Below, in pieces: positions 45,395 to 55,414 of a stretch of 64,000 nt of DNA. The stretch is from an uncultured Chloroflexia bacterium (lineage in GTDB: Bacteria; Chloroflexota; Limnocylindria; Limnocylindrales; CSP1-4), in contig CAVRGP010000011.1 in NCBI GenBank assembly GCA_963720755.1, forward strand, positions 736,001 through 800,000, read 5' to 3'. Below the pieces are notes generated by a model, which was not told where the DNA came from, made no database searches, and saw only the letters and a program-made list of their open reading frames with translations. The first letter of the stretch is position 1; each line of letters starts with the position of its first letter. The position numbers and the translations under genes are program-made.

Positions 45395-47025
45395 GCTGGG
45401 ATCCGTGCGGTGAGTGTCGTACCCACTCCGTAGGGGCTCTCGACGCGGAGCCGACCACCGTACGCAGCCAGCCGATCGGCCAGGCCCTGCAGGCCGAACC
45501 CTGAGGGCTGGGCACCGCCGACCCCGTCGTCGGAGATGGCGATCACAAGGTCGGCACGATCGCGACGCAGGTCGATCGAGATGTGGCTCGCGTGAGCATG
45601 CTTGATCGCATTGGCCATCGCCTCAGAGCAAACGAAGAAGAGCGCCGTCTCACGCTCGACGTCCGCCCGTGCATCGGCTGCCAGCCCGACCGATACCGGG
45701 AGCGGGCACCGCGCGGCAAGCCCGGCGATGGCGTCGACCAGCCCACCGTTGCCGAGGATCGCCGGTGGGAGCCCGCTGATCAGGGCGAGGATCTCGTCGG
45801 CCGAAGCTTCGAGCTCACGGCCCGCGATATCGAGCGGCCCTCGAGCTTCCGCCCCACTCAGATCGCCATCGATGCGCCGGATCTCAGCGCCCGCCACCTT
45901 GATGACCTGCACGACCTCATCGCGCAGTCGTGCCGCGGTCGCGGCCCGCTGTCGATCGGTCGCCACCAGCAGCCGCCCGCGGGCCGCTTCGAGGTTCGCG
46001 AGCTGTAATTCCTGCGCCGCCTGCCAGCGCTCATGGAGCGCGGTGAGGCGGACCGCCTCGATCACGGCCGCGACGATCGTCGGATCCTGCATCGCCGACA
46101 TTCCTCGGTGGATGACCGACGCCAATCGCCCATTACCATCAGCCACGTCGATGATCAACGATTTGCCATCGTTCGCCTCCGTATCCACGCCGGCGGAGTC
46201 CCGATACCGGCCGGCAGTCGGGTCCCATACGAGGATCCTGAGATCGGGATCGCCGAGGGTCTCAGCGAGAAGCGCGGCGAGGCCCTCGATCCCCGCGCCA
46301 CTCTCGTCACCAACGAGGTGGTCCGCAAGCACGGCTCGCTCTCGAGTCACGGTCCAGCTGGCGATCGGAAACCCCACGGCGATCGCGACGAGGACAAGCT
46401 CAAGGCCGAGCAACCATGTCGATGCGTCGTAGTCGCGTGGATCGGTCGTTTCCGTCAACCACGACGTGAGGAGCACGAGGGCGACGCCGGCCGCAGCAAC
46501 GGCCGGAAACCATATAGTCGCGCGCGCCCAACGTCGGTCGATCCACGATGTAGCGGCGACCGCCGCCATGAGCGCGGCCAGCGCGGGGATGGGCGGGATC
46601 ACGCGGATGGCCAGGTAGAGTGCGACGACGAGGAGGGTCGAGGCGACCAGGATCCAGTCGCGAGGTCCGCCCGGACGACCAGTCGGAAACAGCGTCAGGG
46701 CAACCACCAGGATCGCCAGGTAGGCGAGTCGCGCCGCGGGGGCGGGGGACCCGAGTAGCCAGGCGAGCCCGACCGCAGCGAACCACACGCGGCACCGCCA
46801 CGGTCCGGGCGCGAGGATGGCCCCTACGACGAACGCCAGTCCAACGGTCAGGTCCGCGATCGTCGCCGCAGGACCGAGGCTACCGGGGGAGAGATCGGCG
46901 CGAGCCGCCAGGAGCGCCAGGACGGCCGTCATCAGGCCGAACGTCGCCCATGCCATCGGCCGCTGTTTTCCGCGCGTCGCGCCAGCAATGCCCGCCATGC
47001 GCACGTCGATAGTCGATGTCCGCAT
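45391..47025 (-). CDS. Membrane sensor histidine kinase-like protein: intact ATPase domain, no phospho-accepting His
   Basis: Multi-TM N-terminus; H-box position reads QRAATAARLRDEVVQ; intact EAMANAIKH, SDDGVGG, GFGLQGL and GVGTT. Start codon uncertain. Confidence 0.85.
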   Translation of the reverse strand: MRTSTIDVRMAGIAGATRGKQRPMAWATFGLMTAVLALLAARADLSPGSLGPAATIADLTVGLAFVVGAILAPGPWRCRVWFAAVGLAWLLGSPAPAARLAYLAILVVALTLFPTGRPGGPRDWILVASTLLVVALYLAIRVIPPIPALAALMAAVAATSWIDRRWARATIWFPAVAAAGVALVLLTSWLTETTDPRDYDASTWLLGLELVLVAIAVGFPIASWTVTRERAVLADHLVGDESGAGIEGLAALLAETLGDPDLRILVWDPTAGRYRDSAGVDTEANDGKSLIIDVADGNGRLASVIHRGMSAMQDPTIVAAVIEAVRLTALHERWQAAQELQLANLEAARGRLLVATDRQRAATAARLRDEVVQVIKVAGAEIRRIDGDLSGAEARGPLDIAGRELEASADEILALISGLPPAILGNGGLVDAIAGLAARCPLPVSVGLAADARADVERETALFFVCSEAMANAIKHAHASHISIDLRRDRADLVIAISDDGVGGAQPSGFGLQGLADRLAAYGGRLRVESPYGVGTTLTARIPA

Positions 47026-47171
47026 GGCTGTCAAGGCCTCGTGCGCGAGCGACACCGTGCTACCCCGGCTCCGGACCGAGCCAACGCCGTTGGAGCAGGG
47101 GCCCGAGCTTCCTACCTTGGATCCGAGGCCCGGCCGTTGCGTGTGCCGGGCAGGCCGATGGAGGTGGGAAC

Positions 47172-48794
47172 ATGTACGTTCGATCGGGAAGGACACCGGT
47201 GGCCGTCCTGGCGGCGTGGCTCCTGGCGACGACGGCGGTGCCTGGTGCGGTGGCCGCCGCCAGCCCGCTGTGCGTCGGCGGACCGGGCTGCTATACATCG
47301 GTGCAGGCGGCCGCCGATGCGGCGCACGACGGTGATGTGATCAAGATCAACCCCGGAACCTATGCCGGCGGCGTGACCGTCACGGCCAGCGTGCGGCTCA
47401 TCGGCGCCGGCGCGGCCCGGTCCCGGATCAAGGGTGGCGGGCCGGTCCTGACCATCGGGACGTACGGTGCAGATACGGAGCCGACGGTCGTCATCGAGGG
47501 GCTCTCGATCACGGGCGGCGTGACCCGCACGAGCCCGCAGTCATCCGAATGGGTCGGCGAGTCGGGCGTCGTCGCTCTCGGCGGCGGCATCGAGATCCCG
47601 CCCAACGCGGACTACTCCGGTGGCGCAACCGTCACCATCAGGGACAGCCTGATTACCGGCAACCGCGTCGCCCCGTTGACCACGGCGCCCGTCGGGCCGC
47701 CGTGCCCCGCTGGGGCCTGTCCATTCGCTCTGGCCTCGGGTGGAGGCATCGACTCCTGGGGCACGCTGACCCTGGTTCGTACCACGGTGAGCAACAACCT
47801 CGTGGGCGCCGCTTCGGGACTTTCGGACCTCGCCAGCGACGCAGAGGGCGCCGGCATCCGAAGCTGGATCGCACCGCTCACGATCCGGAACAGCCGAATC
47901 ACCGGGAACCGGGCGAGCGCCGTTGCCCCGAATGGACGGTTTGCCGACAGCGGCGGGATCTTCGTCAACGCCGGCTCATTCGAGATGGATCACAGCTCGG
48001 TGAGTGGTAATAGCGTCGTGCTGGAAGCAGCCTTGCCCGACACCGTCGACCTGGGAGCTCACGCCGGCGGCATCCATCTTGCCGACGACGTCGACCACGC
48101 GACGATCAACGACAGCGTCATCGCCGGGAACGCCGTGAGGATGACGAATAGCGTCGGCTCCGCGGACGCGTTCTCGGGCGGCCTTCACGTCGACTGGGGC
48201 GTGCAGCCGTTCACGATGACCGACAGCGTCATCGCCTTCAACCGCGTGTCCGTCAGGACGATTGGTGGATCGACCGGGGACGCCTCCGGCGACTCAGGCG
48301 CGGGCGAAATGCACGGGTCCTTCGACGGCACGCGCTTCGCGGGCAACACCGTGGAAATCAGGTCCGTCGCGGGCAATGCGTACGCTCTCGCCGGCGTGTC
48401 GATCTTCACCGGCGTCATCTCGCACGGCACGGTGGCTGGCAACAGGGTCACGGCCTCGAGCCACAGCGGAGAGGCGTGGATCGGTGGCGCCGCGCTCATG
48501 GCTGACGATGGCGGCATCACCCTGCGCGAGACGACGGTGCGCAACAACACCGCTCACGTGAGCGGTCACGACGCCGCCACGGCACAAGGCGGCGGGATCT
48601 ACGACTCGCCGATCCCCGACGGACCGCCGGGCGGTCCGCTGACGCTCGACCACAGCACTGTGACAGGCAACGTCCTCACCGGCTCGAGCGGCGCCACCCT
48701 CCAGGGCGGCGGGATCTACGCCACGGACGTGCCAGTGACGATCACCAGCAGCGTCGTGCGGCACAACGTTCCCGATCAGTGCTTCGGGTGCTGA
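47172..48794 (+). CDS. Secreted right-handed parallel beta-helix (pectin lyase-like) protein
   Basis: GGAGGT RBS, signal peptide, SVQAAADAAHDGDVIKINPGTY, and repeated GGGI / L.I..S.ITGN units. Confidence 0.78.
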   Translation: MYVRSGRTPVAVLAAWLLATTAVPGAVAAASPLCVGGPGCYTSVQAAADAAHDGDVIKINPGTYAGGVTVTASVRLIGAGAARSRIKGGGPVLTIGTYGADTEPTVVIEGLSITGGVTRTSPQSSEWVGESGVVALGGGIEIPPNADYSGGATVTIRDSLITGNRVAPLTTAPVGPPCPAGACPFALASGGGIDSWGTLTLVRTTVSNNLVGAASGLSDLASDAEGAGIRSWIAPLTIRNSRITGNRASAVAPNGRFADSGGIFVNAGSFEMDHSSVSGNSVVLEAALPDTVDLGAHAGGIHLADDVDHATINDSVIAGNAVRMTNSVGSADAFSGGLHVDWGVQPFTMTDSVIAFNRVSVRTIGGSTGDASGDSGAGEMHGSFDGTRFAGNTVEIRSVAGNAYALAGVSIFTGVISHGTVAGNRVTASSHSGEAWIGGAALMADDGGITLRETTVRNNTAHVSGHDAATAQGGGIYDSPIPDGPPGGPLTLDHSTVTGNVLTGSSGATLQGGGIYATDVPVTITSSVVRHNVPDQCFGC

Positions 48795-48992
48795 ATCCTC
48801 GGTAGCGCCTCGGGTTCCAGGCCGGGATCGGTCGTCGATCGACGATCACGCCCGTTCCCGGCCATATCTCGCCCTCCCGTGCTCCCTCTGGCGGGCTGAC
48901 ACCGACCGGCCATCGCATCAGCCGCCTCGCGCGTCTCGCGGCCCGCCGGCATCCGACGCGGGTCGAGCCTCTGAGGCAGCGAGGTCGGGCGG

Positions 48993-50286
48993 CTATGCGT
49001 CGGGGCGGAGACCCGGCTTCGTGAGTCGATAGGCGCCCTCGATCGCAACCGCCAGGGCGAGCATCGCTGCCAGGATCCACAGCTTGTCAGGTGAGGTCGT
49101 TGCCGTTTGCCAGATCAGTGCGCCCAACGCAACGAGGCACGCGACGGCCCCGACGACCGAGATCCAGACGAGACTGCCGGCGTGAAACGCGTGCCGCACG
49201 TTGGCGGCGTTCACCGCGGCGAAGATCAGCAGGAAGCCGGCGCTGCCCAAGCGTGGCGATGCTGGTCAGGTCGAACACGTTGGCGATCAGCAGCGTCATC
49301 CCTGCGGTGATCAGCAGTCCCTCGGCGGGTTGACCCCATGCCTTGCGTTCGAGCGTCGCCGGCAATTCGCCGTCGCGCGCGATGGTATAGCTCACGCGTG
49401 CTGCGCCGTAGAGCGTGGCATTGATCGCCGAGGCGGTGGACAGCATCGCCGCGATGGCGATGAGCGTGAAGCCGGTCTGTCCGAGAAACGGTCGGGCCGC
49501 TTCGGCCAGCGCGTAATCCTTGGCTGCCACGATCTTGTCCACCGATAGATTGCCCACGGCGACGAACGCCACCAGGACGTACAAGAAGATCACGAACCCG
49601 ACGGCTGTGTAGTACGCGCGCGGCAGCGTCCGAGGCACGTCCTCGACGTCCTGTGCCGTGTTGGCGATCAGTTCGAAGCCTTCATAGGCGAGGAAGATGA
49701 TCATCCCGCCGGCCGCCAGTTGCATCGGTGGCGACCAGGTGTCCGGGGCGAGCTGGGTGGTGTCGATGCCGGTCAGGCCCACGCCGACGAAGAACAGCAG
49801 GATCGCGATCTTCAGGCCCACGATCCAGCTCTCCGCCTTGCCGATCAGCTCGGCGCCGAGGAGGTTGAGCCCGGCGATCGTGATCACGCTGAGGCTGATC
49901 AGGATATGCGTGCCGACTCCCTGCCACGCGGGTGGCAGGAACGTTGCGCCATAGCTGCCGAAGGCGAAGGCGTACAACGACAGCATCACGATGTAGCTCA
50001 GCCACAGCAGGACGTTGAGGCTGCCGGTCAACATGCCCGACCCGAAGATGCGATCCAGGAAGGTGACCGTCCCTCCGCGGCTCGGGTAGGCCACCGAGAG
50101 CTTCGTGTACGAGTAGGTCGTGAGCAGCGCCACGACGCCCGCCAGCAGGAACGCCACCGGCGTGCCGCCGCGCGCCAGCTGCACGGCCAGGCCAAGGACC
50201 GCAAAGATCCCGCCGCCGACCATCCCGCCGACGCCGATGGCGACCACTGCCCAGAACCCGATCTTGCCGTTGCTTGCTCCGCCCAC
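48993..50286 (-). CDS. APC family amino acid permease, frameshifted near 49250
   Basis: GVGGMVGGGIF, AYEGFELIAN and SAINATLYG; the last TM segments (GSAGFLLIFAAVN...) continue in the 48993..49250 frame. Confidence 0.88.
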
Positions 50287-50409
50287 GAGCAGGTCACCTC
50301 CCGATCACGTGCCCGCCCTGATTGGCCGGGGAGTCTAGAAGAGACCGCATCAGCGTAGCCGGTGAGCCACCCGCGCCGGCAGGTCCGGCCGGGCTACCAT
50401 TGACCCCCG

Positions 50410-53400
50410 ATGACGATCGCCCCGAACGACTTCACGCATCTCCACGTCCACTCCGAGTTCAGCCTTCTCGACGGTCTCGGCCGGATCACGGAGTTGGTCG
50501 ACACGGCGGCCCAGCTGGGCATGGATTCGATGGCGATCACCGACCACGGCGCCCTGTACGGTGCGGTCGCCTTCTATCAGGCCGCGAAGTCGAAGGGGAT
50601 CAAGCCGATCATCGGCGTCGAGACCTACGTCGCGCGCCGGTCGATGACCGACAAGGAAGGCAAGGCCGACAGCCAGCCCTTCCACTTGATCCTGCTGGCC
50701 CAGGACCTGGGCGGCTACCAGAACCTGTGTCGCCTGATCACCGACGCCCACATCGACGGCTACTACTACAAGCCACGGATCGACCGCGAGCACCTGGCCC
50801 GGTACAGCGAGGGGCTCATCGGTCTGTCGTCGTGCCTGTCGGGCGAGATCCCCCGGGCGCTCGAGGTCGAGGACTGGGAACTCGCCCGGAACCTCGCCGG
50901 CGAGTACCGGGACATCTTCGGTGGCGACCGGTTCTTCCTCGAGGTCCAGGACCACGGTCTGCCGGACCAGCGACGGCTGAACGAGCAACTCTTCCGTCTG
51001 GCCCCGGAGGTCGGTCTGCCGCTGGTCGTGACCAACGATCTGCACTACGTGCGCCAGGACCAGTCCGAGGCCCACGATGTCCTGCTCTGCGTCGGGACGG
51101 GCAACAACCTCGACACGCCGAACCGGATGCGGTTCGACACGAACGAGTTCTATGTGAAGTCGGCGGCCCAGATGGCGGCACTCTTCCCGGATCATCCCGA
51201 GGTGGTGGCAAACACGCGCCGGATCGCCGAGATGACCGACCTCACCCTCCCGCTCGGCCAGCTTCGGATCCCGCATTTCCCGGTCCCGGACGGCCACACC
51301 ACGGAGACCTGGCTCCGGGCTGAGTGTCAGCGCGGGCTCGAGCGCCGCTACGGGACGGTCACCCCGGAGCTCCAGGCGAGGCTCGATTACGAGCTCGGGG
51401 TCATCCTCACGATGGGCTACGCCGGCTACTTCCTGATCGTCGCCGATTTCATCGCGTTCGCCCGGGAGCAGGGGATCCAGACGACCTGCCGGGGGAGCGC
51501 TCCGGGTTCGGTCGTGACCTACACGCTTGGGATCACCCCGGTCGATCCGATCCTGTACCAGCTGCCGTTCGAACGCTTCCTGAACCCGGACCGAGTGACG
51601 ATGCCGGACATCGATGTCGACTTCGAGGATGGTCGCCGCGAAGAGGTCATCGCCTATGTCGGTCGCAAGTACGGCCAGGACCACGTCGCCCAGATCATCA
51701 CCTTCGGGACGATGCTCGCCCGGGCAGCCATCCGCGACGTCGGGCGCGTCCTCGGTCACAGTTATGGTGAGGTCGACCGTATCGCCAAGGCCGTCCCGAA
51801 CCAGCTCGGGATCCGCCTCGACGAGGCGATCGAGATCTCACCGGAGCTGCGCGGCCTTGTCGACGGCGACCCGGCGGTCAAGCGGATCACCGACTTCGCC
51901 CGGCACCTCGAGGGCGTCGCCCGCAACGCTTCGACCCACGCCGCCGGCGTCGTCATCAGCCGCGAACCCCTGACCGAGCTGATGCCGCTCCAGAAGGCCA
52001 CGAACTCGGATGGCTTGATGAGCCAGTACGAGATGCATGCGATCGAGGCGCTCGGGCTGCTCAAGTTCGACTTCCTGGGACTGTCGAACCTGACGATCCT
52101 GCGCCAGGCGGTCGACCACGTTCGAGCCGATCGCGGCATCGAGATCGACCTCGACGCCATCCCGCTCGATGACGCCAAGACCTTCGAACTCCTGGCATCG
52201 GGCGAGACGACCGGCGTCTTCCAGCTCGAGTCGGCCGGGATGCGGCGGTATGTCCGGGACCTTCAGCCGACGTCCGTGTACGACCTGGCCGCGATGGTCG
52301 CCCTCTATCGCCCGGGGCCGATGGACAACATCCCCGCGTATATCCGGCGGAAGCACGGCCAGGAGCCGGTCACCTATCTCCACCCGCTGCTGGAGCCGTA
52401 CCTGGAGAAGACCTACGGGATCTTCGTCTACCAGGAGGACATCATGTCCGCGGCTATCGCGCTCGGTGGGTTCACCGGGCCGGAGGCGGACACGCTCGGG
52501 TACGCCATCCGCAAGAAGAAGTCCGCGGTCCTGCGCGCCCAGAAGGAGAAGTTCGTCACCCAGGCCGCCGAGCGCGGAGTGGAGCCACAGGTCATCGATG
52601 CGGTGTTCAAGGCGTTCGAACCGTTCGAGCGCTACGGCTTCAACAAGGCCCATGCCACGTGCTACGGCTTGATCGCCTATCAGACCGCGTATATGAAGGC
52701 CAACCACACGGTCCAGTACATGACCGCCGTGCTGACCGCGTTCCGGTCGAACGAGGAGAAGGTCGCCGCGGCGGTCGCGGAATGCCGGCGGATGGGGATC
52801 GAGGTGCTGCCGCCCGATGTCCACCGGAGCTCGCTCGAGTTCACGGTCGAGGGTGAGGCGATCCGGTTCGGGCTGCTGGCGGTCAAGAATGTCGGGCAGG
52901 GCGCCATCGAGTCGATCATCGCCGCGCGCGACGAGGGCGGACCGTTCCACTCGCTGACCGACTTCTGCACGCGGATCGACCTGCGGCTGGCCAATCGGAA
53001 GGTCCTCGAGGCGCTCGCCAAAGTCGGCGCGCTCAGCGCCTTCGGCCATCCCTCACAGATCCTCCTCGGGCTCGATGACGCCATCGCCGCCGCCCAGGCG
53101 ACCCAGCGCGACCGGATCACCGGCCAGACATCGCTGTTCGATATGGCCGCGACCGATGCGGCGACGTTCGAGCGTCCGCTCCCGCAGGCGACCGAGGTGC
53201 CCGTCCGGGAGCGTCTCCGCTGGGAGAAGGAGCTGCTCGGCCTGTACCTCTCGGAACACCCGATGGGTGAGGTCGCCGAGCGGGTCGGGCGGTTCGTGAC
53301 CGCCTACTCGAGCGACCTGCGGGACGAATCGCTCGACGGTCAGCGGGTCGTCGTCGGCGGCATCGTCACCGGCGTCCGGACCGTCATCACCAAGGCCAAG

Positions 53401-54222
53401 GCGTCGATGGCGATCGTCACGATGGAGGACCTCCAGGGTTCGATCGAAGTGGTCGTCTTCCCGCGCCTGTTCGAGCAGACCGCCGGCACGTGGCGCGATG
53501 GTGAGATCCTGCTGGTCGCCGGTCGAGTCGACCACAAGGGTGAGGAGGTCTCGCTGCTCGCCGACCTCGCGGTCGAGTGGGATGAGGCCGCCGCGGCGGG
53601 CGAGGAGTCGTTCGCTCGCAAGGTCGAGGCGGGTGACCGCGGCGCGGGTCGGCGCCGGGGGCCTAATGCGAATGGCAACGGGTCGGCGTCCGGCGGTGGG
53701 ACGGTCAACGGCGGGCGACCGCTGGTCGCGGTGGGGCCAGGGACGGCCGCCACCGAATCACGGGATCCGGCGATCCCGTTCGTATCGCCTCGTCGGGGTG
53801 GATCGACCGCGACGCTGCCCGCGATCGCGCCCGCTCAGCCGGTCTCGACCTACCCGGAGACGCGCGGCGTGATGGCATCGGGCGACGCCGATGACGACCC
53901 GTCCGTTCCCGACGAAGCGCGCGCCGCGATCCTCGCTGGAGCCACATCGGATGCCCCTGTGGATGCCGGTCCCGACACGGTGCTCCACGTGCGGTTCGCC
54001 GCGAGAGCGGCGCCCGACCGCGTCGTCGGAGCGATGGAGACGTTCAAGACGGTCCTCCGCTCCCATCCGGGCACGACCCGGGTGGTGATCCACGTCCCGG
54101 CATCAGGATCCGGCGAGAGCCTGCCGATGGAGCTGCGACGCGGCGTCGCCTACGATGCCGAGCTTCTGGCCGAGGTCCGTCGCCGGCTGGGCGACGGGCT
54201 CATCGAACTCCAGCTCACCTAG
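50410..54222 (+). CDS. dnaE: DNA polymerase III alpha subunit
   Basis: PHP domain (HLHVHSEFSLLDG, TDHG, TNDLHY), RGSAPGS, MPDIDVDF, STHAAG, LLKFDFLGL, YGFNKAHA and an OB fold. Confidence 0.98.
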   Translation: MTIAPNDFTHLHVHSEFSLLDGLGRITELVDTAAQLGMDSMAITDHGALYGAVAFYQAAKSKGIKPIIGVETYVARRSMTDKEGKADSQPFHLILLAQDLGGYQNLCRLITDAHIDGYYYKPRIDREHLARYSEGLIGLSSCLSGEIPRALEVEDWELARNLAGEYRDIFGGDRFFLEVQDHGLPDQRRLNEQLFRLAPEVGLPLVVTNDLHYVRQDQSEAHDVLLCVGTGNNLDTPNRMRFDTNEFYVKSAAQMAALFPDHPEVVANTRRIAEMTDLTLPLGQLRIPHFPVPDGHTTETWLRAECQRGLERRYGTVTPELQARLDYELGVILTMGYAGYFLIVADFIAFAREQGIQTTCRGSAPGSVVTYTLGITPVDPILYQLPFERFLNPDRVTMPDIDVDFEDGRREEVIAYVGRKYGQDHVAQIITFGTMLARAAIRDVGRVLGHSYGEVDRIAKAVPNQLGIRLDEAIEISPELRGLVDGDPAVKRITDFARHLEGVARNASTHAAGVVISREPLTELMPLQKATNSDGLMSQYEMHAIEALGLLKFDFLGLSNLTILRQAVDHVRADRGIEIDLDAIPLDDAKTFELLASGETTGVFQLESAGMRRYVRDLQPTSVYDLAAMVALYRPGPMDNIPAYIRRKHGQEPVTYLHPLLEPYLEKTYGIFVYQEDIMSAAIALGGFTGPEADTLGYAIRKKKSAVLRAQKEKFVTQAAERGVEPQVIDAVFKAFEPFERYGFNKAHATCYGLIAYQTAYMKANHTVQYMTAVLTAFRSNEEKVAAAVAECRRMGIEVLPPDVHRSSLEFTVEGEAIRFGLLAVKNVGQGAIESIIAARDEGGPFHSLTDFCTRIDLRLANRKVLEALAKVGALSAFGHPSQILLGLDDAIAAAQATQRDRITGQTSLFDMAATDAATFERPLPQATEVPVRERLRWEKELLGLYLSEHPMGEVAERVGRFVTAYSSDLRDESLDGQRVVVGGIVTGVRTVITKAKASMAIVTMEDLQGSIEVVVFPRLFEQTAGTWRDGEILLVAGRVDHKGEEVSLLADLAVEWDEAAAAGEESFARKVEAGDRGAGRRRGPNANGNGSASGGGTVNGGRPLVAVGPGTAATESRDPAIPFVSPRRGGSTATLPAIAPAQPVSTYPETRGVMASGDADDDPSVPDEARAAILAGATSDAPVDAGPDTVLHVRFAARAAPDRVVGAMETFKTVLRSHPGTTRVVIHVPASGSGESLPMELRRGVAYDAELLAEVRRRLGDGLIELQLT

Positions 54223-54229
54223 CGGGGGC

Positions 54230-54799
54230 TCAGGCCTCGCCCGTCACGCGGCGGATCTGCTGGACGGCCGAGAATCGCTCGTGGTAGTCGGCACGGATGA
54301 CGTTCATCTCGGCGTCCTCGATGTCGAGTTCGCCGGCGATCTGGTTGAGGACGGCGGTCTCTTCGGCTGAGATCGTCCCGTTGGCCGCCGTGACCGCGAA
54401 ACAGGCCCGCAGGACGACGAGCCGCTGCGACTTGTCCGCGAGTGCCTTGAATTCGCGCGTGACGACGTAGTCCTCTGTTCCCCCGACCGTCTTTGCCTGG
54501 AGCTTGGCCATCTCGGTCACCAGGACTGCCGTCGCTTCATCGAGCGCCTCGTTCGCCTCCAGTTCCGCCTCGATCGCCGCCGTCTCCTCGTCGCTGATGT
54601 CGAGGTCGGCGTTGGCAGCACGAGCGAGGGTGTAGGCCGCGGACGCGATCAGTCGAGCTTGCTCCGGCGGCATCGCCTCGAGCTTGGCGACGATCCGACG
54701 GACGGTGGCCGTATCACCCGGGGCGGTGTTCGGGGCGGCCGCCGTGGCGGGTTCGGCGGATGCTGTGGTGTCGGCGGATCCGAAGAAGCGGCGGAACAT
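54230..54799 (-). CDS. TerB-like (tellurite resistance family) protein
   Basis: LARAANADLDISDEE and FAVTAANGTISAEE, the duplicated TerB AD..IS..E motifs. Confidence 0.8.
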   Translation of the reverse strand: MFRRFFGSADTTASAEPATAAAPNTAPGDTATVRRIVAKLEAMPPEQARLIASAAYTLARAANADLDISDEETAAIEAELEANEALDEATAVLVTEMAKLQAKTVGGTEDYVVTREFKALADKSQRLVVLRACFAVTAANGTISAEETAVLNQIAGELDIEDAEMNVIRADYHERFSAVQQIRRVTGEA

Positions 54800-54887
54800 G
54801 CAGGTACTCCAGGGTGTGGTGGGGGAGCGGGCGCGACCGCTCGAAGCGGGCAGACCGGAGTCTACCGTGGACGCCGGTTCGCGGCCG

Positions 54888-55334
54888 TCAGCGACGGAGC
54901 ACGTTGGCGACGTCCGGCTCCGGGCCCTGCCATCGGCCGACTTCCTCCGTGGCGAACCGGCCGTAGTAGTTGATGAAGTGCCCGCCGTGTCGCGCCAGGA
55001 CGGCGGCCGCCGCGGCCTTCGCGTCCTCGCCACGAACGCGAATCATCGCCACCGCACGCCCGTCTCGCAGCGCCCATTCGTAGCTGGCGAAATCGACGAG
55101 CTGATCCATCAGCGTGAAATCGAACGCCCGCCGGAGGCGGCCGAGGCGACCCGACACACTGCCGACGCCGTCCATCCGGTCGGCGCCCTCGTCTCCGCGA
55201 AGGAGTTCGAGGTCGTCCGTGGCGATCCCGCTCGCCCGCAGTTCGGTCATGGCGGCCGCGGCCCGCGCAGGGTCGTCGATGACCGCGAGCAACCGATTCA
55301 TCGGATACCCGATCGGGCGGCGAGGCGTGGCCAT
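54888..55334 (-). CDS. Hypothetical protein
   Basis: PIGYPMNRLLAVIDD...LARHGGHFINYYG; ATG preceded by TAGACT at 7 nt. Confidence 0.65.
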   Translation of the reverse strand: MATPRRPIGYPMNRLLAVIDDPARAAAAMTELRASGIATDDLELLRGDEGADRMDGVGSVSGRLGRLRRAFDFTLMDQLVDFASYEWALRDGRAVAMIRVRGEDAKAAAAAVLARHGGHFINYYGRFATEEVGRWQGPEPDVANVLRR

Positions 55335-55414
55335 GGGCCGGAGTCTAGCGGTGAGCGGATGCACACGAGCCGTTCGCACCCATTCCTGGTGCGCGGCGGT
55401 GACCCCTCGTCTGG

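Noticed and set aside
37300-50300. Accessory region as a mobile element or prophage
   Set aside because: No transposase, integrase, phage gene or terminal repeat is visible. It is treated as a variable signalling region only.
50410-54222. Intein in the long dnaE
   Set aside because: No C/S...HN-C/S/T splice motifs or LAGLIDADG blocks were seen. The extra length is a low-complexity C-terminal linker.
54230-54799. Tellurite-resistance (ter) operon
   Set aside because: Only a lone TerB-like gene is present, with no terA/C/D/Z.
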